Shown piece after piece: positions 30,736 through 40,287 of a stretch of 64,000 nt of DNA; positions within the stretch are counted from its first letter, which is position 1, and the number at the start of each line of letters is the position of its first letter. The translations under genes and the position numbers were made by a program. The stretch lies in IMG/VR virus record IMGVR_UViG_3300025154_000071, positions 14,173 through 78,172 of that record; one strand, given 5' to 3'. The notes under the pieces are model-generated. The model had not been told where the DNA came from. It saw nothing but the letters and a program-made list of their open reading frames with translations, and did no database searches. The DNA is from a virus (Duplodnaviria > Caudoviricetes).

Positions 30736-32538
30736 TTATTTCGGTCCCGCCCTTAGATACATTTCTTTATCAAATTCTTCATTCAACTCCTTTACTTTAA
30801 AATTATCAAATACCACAGGAAACATTGCCTTACCTTGTGTTATAAAGAAGAACTCTTCGCCTGTATCTTGATTATAAAACATACATTTGACATCATCATC
30901 GATTACATATGTTTTTTTAGCCGCCTCTATACCAAGGTTATTAACAATAGATTTGCACGATAACGTCGATACTGTTACTGTGCAATTTAATAGTTTACGC
31001 GCTATTGCTTCTGCTTGTTTAAGCGTTTGTTCGTTATATTCTGGCATAACATAGTAGCTGATTTCGTTATGCCCTATAAACTGCTGTGCTAATTCCTTTG
31101 ATGTTTCAGCGAAAGATGTAGGTACATCTTCAATAAATACCTTTTGAATTAATCCAAGTTGACCAAGCAGATTAAACAATCTATTCGCTGTGCCTTTATC
31201 TTTGCCTATGATTGAACCGAAGTATCTATTCGACAAGAATGTAAGTGCTTTTCCTTTATAATATAATTCCACTGGCTGTGATTTATCGATCTGATATTTA
31301 ATAAGATCGTGTATTGTGCTTTTGTTCTTCTTAAGTAATTTATTAATAGCAGGATAATCAGCGCCATTTAAATCAAACCATGTGTTCTGATCGCCTATAA
31401 GTTTATTTATCTCGCGATAATACTCTTCATTGCCTGTAAATATTTTAACCACAGAGCATAACTGCTTAACAAAATCAGATACGCTCACATTACATAACTT
31501 GCAAATCATCTGTATGTTATTTAAGGATTTACCATGCATAGAGCAATTGCTGCTATGGCAATAAAACAACCAACTATTATCAAAGCCGCGATAAACAACT
31601 GCGCTCTCCTTTCTATCTTCATGGAAGATACACTTAACCGACTTAGACGCACCCAAGTCAAACATATTATTCATATCAAGACTATTAATATATAAAAATA
31701 AATCTTGATTACTCTTAAACATATACTTATCTCTTATCTTATTATATTCTATATCTTCTATTATATTATCTTGTATATAAGATATATATGTAGATATAGA
31801 TATAGGAGAGGGGGAGATAGGGGTATTACTTTCATTATTATTGTTGGTTTTTTTTAAAGGCTCATTTTTACTGCTATTTTCAGAGGGGATAAATCTTGAG
31901 GTTAAAGATTCGAAGATTTCATCTTTAATCATAGGTTGGTTGTTAAAGTTAACCAATGTAACTTCAACTGGATTGTTAATGTCTTTATTATGGAAAGACC
32001 CAGGCAAACGTATTGGATGATTAGGCGTTGATACAGCCCTATCTAAAATTAAGCCGGTGTCGAATCGGATTATATTCGCAATGGCACCCCAAACGTCCTT
32101 GTATGAAGTTTTAGATAGGTCTGTAACTTGAATATATCCATGCGGGCCTCCGACCGAATTAACTATGCAGTTAAATCTGATCGGACATGAATTAGAAGAT
32201 GCGTATTTGATAAGCACATTGGATATGTCAACGCCCGATTTGTAGGTGGGATTATCTTTAAGATCGATATCGAAGAATAGATTAGAATAATCTAAGATAT
32301 CGTTTTGTTTGCGTGATGTTGTTTTGTTCGGAATAAGATAAATGCCCTCGCCATTTGACTGAGCCTTATCCATACGAAGAAAAAGAGAATCAGATAGCGG
32401 TTCAGCCCAAGCGCCAGTGATGTTTGAGCCAATTCCATGCTGAAACTGAATCCGGAATTCGGATAAATTTATTTTATTTATGAAATTTTTTATTGATTCC
32501 CTATTGACATGCAATGGGATTTGTGTTAAGATAATCAT
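30736..32538 (-). CDS. Primase/Rep-like protein: RepB/AEP-type primase domain, CHC2-like Zn finger, C-terminal wHTH
   Basis: FFDID, SVGGPHGY, IRLPGSFHNK; CIFHEDRKESA...CHSSNC. Confidence 0.7.
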   Translation of the reverse strand: MIILTQIPLHVNRESIKNFINKINLSEFRIQFQHGIGSNITGAWAEPLSDSLFLRMDKAQSNGEGIYLIPNKTTSRKQNDILDYSNLFFDIDLKDNPTYKSGVDISNVLIKYASSNSCPIRFNCIVNSVGGPHGYIQVTDLSKTSYKDVWGAIANIIRFDTGLILDRAVSTPNHPIRLPGSFHNKDINNPVEVTLVNFNNQPMIKDEIFESLTSRFIPSENSSKNEPLKKTNNNNESNTPISPSPISISTYISYIQDNIIEDIEYNKIRDKYMFKSNQDLFLYINSLDMNNMFDLGASKSVKCIFHEDRKESAVVYRGFDNSWLFYCHSSNCSMHGKSLNNIQMICKLCNVSVSDFVKQLCSVVKIFTGNEEYYREINKLIGDQNTWFDLNGADYPAINKLLKKNKSTIHDLIKYQIDKSQPVELYYKGKALTFLSNRYFGSIIGKDKGTANRLFNLLGQLGLIQKVFIEDVPTSFAETSKELAQQFIGHNEISYYVMPEYNEQTLKQAEAIARKLLNCTVTVSTLSCKSIVNNLGIEAAKKTYVIDDDVKCMFYNQDTGEEFFFITQGKAMFPVVFDNFKVKELNEEFDKEMYLRAGPK

Positions 32539-32624
32539 TGTAACTTTACCAATGGCGCTCTAAAGACCGTAAATCTTTAGGGCGTTTTTTTTCCTTTCTC
32601 TTAAATGTCAAAAAACATAAATTT

Positions 32625-32653
32625 ATTTTAACATATTTTTGGGTTGATGTCAA
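32625..32653 (-). promoter_or_regulatory. sigma70/sigmaA promoter for the primase gene
   Basis: TTGACA-17-TAAAAT with TG extension. Confidence 0.6.
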
Positions 32654-32683
32654 GAGATTTCCTGGATCGGTTGAGGGCTTGGA

Positions 32684-33129
32684 CTAACCCCTCCCGTCCT
32701 TCAAGGCAACCTGAATCTCTTCTTCATAATCAGAAGAATCTTTAACGCATTCTATGCTCCCTGATTCGCCAGTTACGTAATTATCGTAATAAATTGAGCC
32801 ATCTTCAAGCCCCCATATTTCGGTATCAGGGCTTAATTTTCTTAGCTGTTTAATTAAGCTGGCCACTGTTCTATTGTTCATGTTCTCTCCTTATATTTTC
32901 TAAAGATACATAGATGTCCTTCCTCTGATATTTCAATACGGTCTATTTCTATATCGTATCCTTCTTGCACTAAGGACTGATTTAAAATTTTATGTAAATT
33001 GTCCTTATATATAAACAATGTGTCCGATGGCATTGTGTCTATTGATTTAAGTGGCTTTTCGATATATTTATTTTGCCACATGACTCCATCTTCATCTGGG
33101 CCTTCATCCCAATCTTTAAACATTCTCAT
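32684..33129 (-). other. Two short acidic hypothetical ORFs (32684-32881, 32878-33129)
   Basis: ORF track; ATGA overlap. Confidence 0.5.
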
Positions 33130-33130
33130 A

Positions 33131-33592
33131 TTATTTCCTCGCTATATTACTTCCAAATCCATAATTAGGATACTGTCTGATGTTATGTATGTATGCTATC
33201 TTCTCCACATGAACATACTTAGGCAATTGATATGTCTGTTGCTTGTATAAACATGCTACGTCGATTCTGGCGCCCTTTATAGCACGGCCAACATCACATG
33301 CTACGAATATAATATCAGGAAACTCTTTAATTCGTAATACCGTCCCTGACTTGATAATTTTTGGATCGGTGGCGATAGATACATAACTGCCAAACATATA
33401 GTTTTGAAGGGGGCGCAATAGATTCCCGTATCTATCTTTACGCCCGCCTTCCATCTTTAATTCTGCCTTTGTTTTTATTCCTTCGATATAATATCCCGTT
33501 GCCCTTAACTTAATCTCATTTGATGCATAAGAAAATGTGCTGCAAAACGTGCTAAGAAAAAGTGCTACTACAATAATAACTACTTTCTTCAA
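33131..33592 (-). CDS. Secreted 3D-domain (MltA/RlpA-like) cell-wall protein
   Basis: Signal peptide; ATGY, IATDPKII, ACDVGRAIKGARIDV. Confidence 0.8.
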   Translation of the reverse strand: MKKVVIIVVALFLSTFCSTFSYASNEIKLRATGYYIEGIKTKAELKMEGGRKDRYGNLLRPLQNYMFGSYVSIATDPKIIKSGTVLRIKEFPDIIFVACDVGRAIKGARIDVACLYKQQTYQLPKYVHVEKIAYIHNIRQYPNYGFGSNIARK

Positions 33593-33633
33593 ACTATTAC
33601 CTCACTTTGCATTAAATTGACAGGCTAAGAGAT

Positions 33634-33662
33634 ATTATATCATACTTTTATGAATATGTCAA
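33634..33662 (-). promoter_or_regulatory. Consensus sigma70/sigmaA promoter
   Basis: TTGACA-17-TATAAT with TG extension. Confidence 0.8.
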
Positions 33663-33672
33663 GTATTTTATT

Positions 33673-34260
33673 TTAGTGCATCTCGAAGATTACAGATGAG
33701 CCATTCAGTGCTTCAAAGCAAAAGCCACATGTAGAACAGTTGCCTTCGCATTTAAAGCCTTCATATTTATCAGTATCACCTTTATTCACTGTTCTCGCTG
33801 TTGATAGTCTATGTATATTTGGTATTCTATTATCCAGCCATATGCTGAAGAATATATTAAGATTAGGTGGAAGTGTCTGTTCCTTTAAATAAAAGTTTAC
33901 AATACCATACATTTTTGTAAAGCATAGAAATTTAGTATTAGGGTATTCTTCTGCTATTTGAACCATATCGTTAAAGTATTCTTGATTTAATATATCGCCA
34001 GATACATGCCACCTAAAATAGTTAGGACTCTTTTTGCTTACATATTCTTTTATTTCCTTAAAATATTTATAATGATTTGTCGTTACCATTATATAGTTAT
34101 TATCGTAAGCTGCTTTAGTTTGTTTATATTGTCTATATGCTTGATTCGCATAGCATTTAGACGCACAATCTTTGCAATTGCCACATGATTTGATAGGTGG
34201 CAATGATACGCTTGGTATCTTGCCCATTTTAGTATTACCGATTGATATTTTTACTTTCAT
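33673..34260 (-). CDS. GP88-family (radical SAM-like) phage protein
   Basis: SLPPIKSCGNCKDCASKCYA, FRWHVSGDI, FTK, C-terminal CEGNCSTCGFC. Confidence 0.65.
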   Translation of the reverse strand: MKVKISIGNTKMGKIPSVSLPPIKSCGNCKDCASKCYANQAYRQYKQTKAAYDNNYIMVTTNHYKYFKEIKEYVSKKSPNYFRWHVSGDILNQEYFNDMVQIAEEYPNTKFLCFTKMYGIVNFYLKEQTLPPNLNIFFSIWLDNRIPNIHRLSTARTVNKGDTDKYEGFKCEGNCSTCGFCFEALNGSSVIFEMH

Positions 34261-37200
34261 TATTTACTTTCCTCCCTGTTGTCAATCAGAAACATAAGAT
34301 GTAACGATTCTTGAGCTTTTTCTTTTATTTCATCTATTTTATCTATTATGTCTCCGCTGTCATTGCGAAAGGTTATATAATTTTCTTTTTTAACATTCAT
34401 CCCTCCTCCAGAATACGCTTTTCTGACATCTATAATTGTATTTAATATATCTTGTATGTGCTGATGTAAAAGGTCGTATGCTTGTTGATTCTCCATGCTT
34501 ATTTCTCCTTCTCCAATATCTTTTTAACCGGCCAATCAAATACTGTATCATCCTCCCATGTTTCAGGACAATTACTTTCAACAAAATATGCTGCATCGCT
34601 TTGTTTCTTATTCTCATCATGAAAATAAACTCTAATTGACAGATAAGTTCCAAAATCATGAGGATTCTTTACTATCACGAAGTATATGTCTGTTTTATCA
34701 ATTAGTTTAGCAAAACGCTTCTCAAGCATTTCTTTAAATTTAGTTGCTTCTTCTTTCATTGCGGGCATATAATCGTAAGATGGATTAACTTGAACACAAC
34801 CTACTCCCCAAGGTGCTGATTCGATGTCTAAATAATCTTTCATACTAAATCCTTCCTTTATTATTTTAATTTATGCAACGTAAAAAGCATTCTTGTTCCT
34901 AAAAAGAATATTATCAAATTACACACTAAAATTATTTCATTAGAGTATTGAATTAAATATTTCATATTAAATCCTTCCTTTTATTCTTAATTATTATGTT
35001 ATTCGTATTAATATTAACGCCAGGATTATAAATCATTACATCAACTTTAAGTGAGCCTATAGTTTTAGATTTATTCTTTAATACAAGCTCATCTCCTACT
35101 TTATGCCTTTTATTTCTCATGAAATCTTTCACGATCTCATTAAATTGTTGTGTTGCCTCTGATATATCTTTGTAATGTCCAAGTAAACGTTCTGAGAATT
35201 TAGTTAATGTTTTAGTTTTGTGTGATGTTAGGTGATAGATTCGATAGTCAAAGAAGAACATTATTCTGCCTCCTTTAACACTACTCCAGATATTGTCTGC
35301 TTCCATAACGACCATTCAGCGCCACAGTCATTACACTTATAATGGTCTGTTTCTTCTCCCTGCCACTGCGGATGTTTCTCTAAGCAAACAACATTATTTC
35401 CAGTACATTCGGGAGATATACAATGGAATCGATTAAGTGATTCTAATTCCTCAGATGTCATTTCTCTTTTAGGCTCAAGGCTTATTTCAAATGTTTCTCT
35501 TACATTCATTCTTGAATATATCGCTTTACTTGCACGGATTAATTCGATGAATAGGGATTGATATTCTTCTTGAGATAAATCCATAAGCTTGGCTATTATA
35601 TTTTGGTCAATGCTTAGCGGCTCTCTCATATTGCCCATGCAAAGAAAATATTGTTTGCCGTTGGAACTTAATGATAATATGCCATCGCATGTCTTTTTGT
35701 TCGCATAGCTCCACATATGTTTTAATAAACCATCTATATCGTCGATCATGCCAAGTTCGCCAGCGTTAATAACCTTTCTCCCGAAACATGTATAATATCT
35801 TTCCATTTTCATTTTATCCTCCTACATTTCTAAAGCTGGGATTTCATATTTACAATTAGGGCATATTGCAATGATACACCAATTGCCATATTTAAGTTGA
35901 AACTTATCTGTGTTACAAATCTTACAACTAATGTTTTGCTTTATATCTGTTGATATAAAATGGTCTCTGTCTGCATATCCGCATTTTATATTATCTATTA
36001 AATCTCTATTGTTGGGGTCAATTAATGATAATGGGATATATATATCTTTTCTTCTATATCCGTCTGATAAATCAATAGAATCGCCGGCATAGTCTTTTAA
36101 AATCATATCTAACTCCTATTTTAATACCATTATTGATTTAACTACATTATCCTGCAATGTTGCCATGATATAATCGTTTCTGTTTAATTTATCCAACGTG
36201 CTTGATGGCCTTGCATCGATCTTATACATTTTATCTTTGCCTTTGATTGTTAATTTATAGTGTAATTTACCGTTAAGTATGATTGGCTCTTGATATTGAT
36301 ATAAACCGTAGATATTCAATTATTCCTCCTCGTCTGGTATAGTCTCTGTATACAACTCCATTGTTGGCGGGATGCATCCATTCATGCACCTATAAACATC
36401 ATGCTCCATATTGCCCTCCATACGCATGTCGCAAAAGTCGCCACCACATGTTCTACAGTGCCTTACCCATTCATGGTTTCTGCAGATATCACATTCCATA
36501 ATTATTCCTCCTTTGGATTTCTTTTCTGCTCATATATTTCTTCAATGGTTTCTAATGTAGAAACAACTTCATCAATCGATGCTGACACTATTTGCTCGAA
36601 TGATAGTTTTGTTAACAAATGGCAAGGATAATAACCTCTGTCAGACTTTGCCCCCTTCATATATCTATTAATTTTTACTGGTTGTTTAGCTTTCTGGAAT
36701 CCTACATAGACTTCTAATTCTTTTGTGTCTATGTTAATGATATATGCATATTCACAGAATAAACTATCTTTGATAAAGTCTATTCCATCAAGCATATAAG
36801 GAAACCCTTTGGCGTAAGTGAATAAATTGCCCTGTGCATTTCGGAGCAAACAATACCAATCTTTTTCTGACTTATCACTTACATCGAAGTTTGTTAGTCC
36901 TTCGCATTTACATTTAAATATCTGCGCCTCTGTTGGTTTTGATTTTTCGTCAATCATTTCAATGCCATCAAATATCTCAGGCAATTTATCAAGATTAACT
37001 TTCTGTAAGAAATCGACAATATCTTTGCCTAATCCACGGATATAACTATCGTAATGATTATATATTGCTTTAGTAATGCCACCTTTGTAAAACCCAACTA
37101 ATCCTCTTGTTCCCATAATTATTCCTCCTCAATTTGTATATAATTTTTAGGTTTATCTGTTACTTTAACTTGAATTGGTTTATATTCGATATCCCAGCAT

Positions 37201-38222
37201 GTTCCACAATCGCATTCCCAACTGATGATTACATGGCCATTCCCATCATAATGTGTTGCTTTTTCTTCAATATCTCCACCTAAATCACAATTCTTGTTTG
37301 GGCATTTCCCATCTGCCACTAATTCTACTAAATCCATATTATTCCTCCTGTTTAATTTAATTTTACCAGTGAATATCTTTTGTTACCGATTTAGCACACT
37401 CAGCGCAGTATACCTCATTGTCAGACCCATCAAATGCATGTAACTCTCTTTCTCCATGCAATCTGCCATTTTCTTCCTTTATCGTAGCGTTATATATTCC
37501 GGTAAATGATACCGTAAATTGGTCTGAACCGCAGTTAGGACACTGATATGTCTTCATAATTATCTCCTTTAATTTCAAATGTATAATCTACGTTCTGGCC
37601 CATTACAATATATTTGCCAATGGGTAGTTTATCCTTTTCTGTCTCAATGTTCCACTCGTTACATTGTGCAACTATATTGCCTGTTTTGATGCAATGAATG
37701 AAGTATTTCTTTTGGTTCATTAATGCCATTATTTTGTGCCTCTCTTTATTACTGACAGTGAAACCATTAAATCAGTAAGCTCATTCATACGAATGCTTTT
37801 TAAAGGACAATCCTCTCTAAATGCTTGATGGTCTTGTAACACTGGCTGTAAGACGCCTATACAGCTTTCTACTAATTGGCAAAAATATGGGTTATTCCCT
37901 CTGATAAAGGGGCATTGGGCGCAACTATCAAGAATTAATTCTACTATTTTCATTTAGCCACCTTCTTGTAGAAATACATTGGTGATTTTTTTACTTGTTT
38001 TAAATCAGCAAAGAATTGTTTCTGTAAGTCGATATATCCCTGTATGCCTTGCTCAGCAAAAGATGTAACTGGGTTTTTGCAGGATGGACATATCGTGTCA
38101 CCCTCTATTAACTTAAAGCTATAGAAATATAGGCCGTATGTCATATGACCACAATGCCGGCAAGGATTATTGTGGAATAATGTCTCTATGTCATAGGGAT
38201 GATGATTAATTGTTATTTTCAT
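34260..38222 (-). other. Array of short hypothetical ORFs, many Zn-ribbons (34260-34496, 34499-34843, 34962-35261, 35261-35812, 35822-36106, 36116-36319, 36320-36499, 37119-37337, 37363-37578, 37535-37729, 37729-37953, 37950-38222)
   Basis: Tightly packed with RBSs; CxxC pairs in most. Confidence 0.6.
36502..37116 (-). CDS. Conserved phage hypothetical protein (MGTRG...YNHYDSY type)
   Basis: N-terminal MGTRGLVG...IYNHYDSY and EYAYII, a pattern recurrent in large phages. Confidence 0.6.
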   Translation of the reverse strand: MGTRGLVGFYKGGITKAIYNHYDSYIRGLGKDIVDFLQKVNLDKLPEIFDGIEMIDEKSKPTEAQIFKCKCEGLTNFDVSDKSEKDWYCLLRNAQGNLFTYAKGFPYMLDGIDFIKDSLFCEYAYIINIDTKELEVYVGFQKAKQPVKINRYMKGAKSDRGYYPCHLLTKLSFEQIVSASIDEVVSTLETIEEIYEQKRNPKEE

Positions 38223-38231
38223 GTCTTCCTC

Positions 38232-38600
38232 CTATATGTATAAAGCATCTGTTATATTATATTTGCAATCTTCTGTATGGCCATCGCGTTCATATTTATT
38301 ATTATAAAATAGATGCGTTGTTATGCCCCTTGGGTCATATTAATGTTCGACTGATAGTCTGGACAAACTAACGTCTGCCATTATAATCTGTTGCATCTTA
38401 TCTTCTACTTTACTAATTGCCTTGCGATATGATTCTTCTGATTTAAATTTGCCATTACATTGATCTGTGCATATACGCTGATGTTTTTTGTGCAATCTTC
38501 GTAGCTTTACAATTGCCTCGAATCTCTTCCCAGAGTAATCTAAATCTTTACACCAACATGCAAGGATTCCTTTAATTGCTAATTCTGTTTTTAAATTCAT
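38232..38600 (-). pseudogene. Phage hypothetical protein with internal in-frame TAA at 38340-38342
   Basis: The frame continues after the stop as YDPRGITTHLF...ALYI-TAG, ending at the next gene's RBS. Confidence 0.6.
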
Positions 38601-38801
38601 ATTTCCTCCTTATTTATACATTACTACAAATGTTGTACCATCTGCCTTAAATTCTTCAATGGCTAATAAGAGATCGTTGTTGATTTTAACTTCATTGCCG
38701 TTCGGATATATTATGCGGTCATGTCTATAGACAACCACATCGCCATTGCCTTTGCGTTCGATAATGCCTCTTATACTCATATGTACTCCTCCTTAAATGC
38801 A

Positions 38802-39221
38802 TTAACTCATGTAGGTTGCCATTCTAACGGTTTCGTCATCAACTATTAAACAAAGAACGCCACTATAGAATGAATCAGAGTGATATCCGCCATAATCCCA
38901 TCCCCTGCCGAAAGGATGAAAGGTGCCATCTTTTATGCGCTCTATTGTCATGCCATAAGTTAAACGCATAAACTGTGAGATGTCATAAATGTTGCCACGA
39001 TATTTAACAAACATCTGTTCATCAAGTTCTTCTGGTGTCCAATAATCGAAATCTTTCTTTTCATCTGGAGTTAGTTCAAAGCCATAAATGACAGGGCATT
39101 CTTCGATGTGTTTGATTTGTATTTTATTTGCCGTGGTTGTTTCTTCTTCATTATCTTCTTTTCCAGTGCCGCCGCAATAGTTACATCCATGCCCATGGCA
39201 GTTATAACAAGTTTGATGCAT
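38802..39221 (-). CDS. Hypothetical protein with N-terminal CxxCxGxG Zn motif
   Basis: CYNCHGHGCNYCGGTG; C-terminal WD...SDSFYSGV. Confidence 0.55.
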   Translation of the reverse strand: MHQTCYNCHGHGCNYCGGTGKEDNEEETTTANKIQIKHIEECPVIYGFELTPDEKKDFDYWTPEELDEQMFVKYRGNIYDISQFMRLTYGMTIERIKDGTFHPFGRGWDYGGYHSDSFYSGVLCLIVDDETVRMATYMS

Positions 39222-39232
39222 ATTGCCTCCTT

Positions 39233-40237
39233 TTATAATGTAATTCCTGTTATCTCAAAAAATATATCTTTGTCAAAATTAGGTATAGATTGTATTATTG
39301 TTCGATTTTCTTTTGTTAACTTATTCCACCATGTCTGACATGCCTCTTTGTATTCGTATTTTTTAAGATAACCTTCGATTAATTTTTTCGCTTTATCTTG
39401 CGATTTTTCTTCTTCTGTATAATTAATCCACTCTATTAATACTAAACGTTCTGATGTCAACGCATTAGAATATTTTGAATTTTTAAATTCTGATGTTGTC
39501 ATTTTTGTTGTCTTATCAAACATAAAGACGATATGTTCTTTTGTGTTAAAAAAACCATTTGAATAGTCGCCTGAATTGTAGTAGCCTGAATTGTAGTCGC
39601 CTGAATTGCGGTCGCCTGAATTGTAGTAGCCTGAATTGTAGTAGCCTGAATTGTAGTCGCCTGAATTGCGGTTGCCTGAATTGTAGTAGCCTGAATTGCG
39701 GTTGCCTGAATTGTAGTTGCCTGAATTGTAGTTGCCTGAATTGTAGTTGCCTGAATTGTAGTAGCCTGAATTGTAGTAGCCTGAATTGTAGTCGCCTGAA
39801 TTGCGGTCGCCTGAATTGTAGTCGCCTGAATTGTAGTAGCCTGAATTGTAGTTGCCTGAATTGCGGTCGCCTGAATTGTAGTTGCCTGAATTAATAAATC
39901 CAGTATTATCCTTTCCAGTATTACTAATGGCCCAGACTTGTTCTTTTGTTAATATTCTTATGATTTTGAATTTATTTGTACAAGATTTTTTGCCGTCAGT
40001 ATCATGTAAGACCTGACCTAATACTTCAATTTCTCCGATTACAGACGACCTTAAATTATAATGTTTATCAATGTCATTCAGTTGTCTGCAATAATGAAAT
40101 CCGTTATTGCACATCCTTAATTCGCCTGATATTGTATAAATTTCGCCAACACAAAAAATAGTATTCCTACATTGTAACTGATTGTTTGAATTGACATTAA
40201 ATCCTTTATATGCGATTTGTTTTATTTTTTTAGTCAT
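39233..40237 (-). CDS. Pentapeptide-repeat (NSGxx)22 phage protein
   Basis: N-terminal AYKGF...C..GFHYC domain, repeat block, C-terminal IPNFDKDIFFEITGI. Confidence 0.8.
   Translation of the reverse strand: MTKKIKQIAYKGFNVNSNNQLQCRNTIFCVGEIYTISGELRMCNNGFHYCRQLNDIDKHYNLRSSVIGEIEVLGQVLHDTDGKKSCTNKFKIIRILTKEQVWAISNTGKDNTGFINSGNYNSGDRNSGNYNSGYYNSGDYNSGDRNSGDYNSGYYNSGYYNSGNYNSGNYNSGNYNSGNRNSGYYNSGNRNSGDYNSGYYNSGYYNSGDRNSGDYNSGYYNSGDYSNGFFNTKEHIVFMFDKTTKMTTSEFKNSKYSNALTSERLVLIEWINYTEEEKSQDKAKKLIEGYLKKYEYKEACQTWWNKLTKENRTIIQSIPNFDKDIFFEITGITL
39564..39892. repeat. 22 copies of a 15-bp coding tandem repeat
   Basis: GCCTGAATT core recurs every 15 bp from 39569 to 39884. Confidence 0.95.
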
Positions 40238-40287
40238 AATTATCTCTCCTTAAATATGTTTATAATATTTTTGTTGTTAATAAACCT

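Noticed and set aside
39564-39892. CRISPR array or DGR variable region
   Set aside because: The 15-bp units are contiguous and in-frame coding, with no unique spacers; no reverse transcriptase or template repeat is seen in the window.
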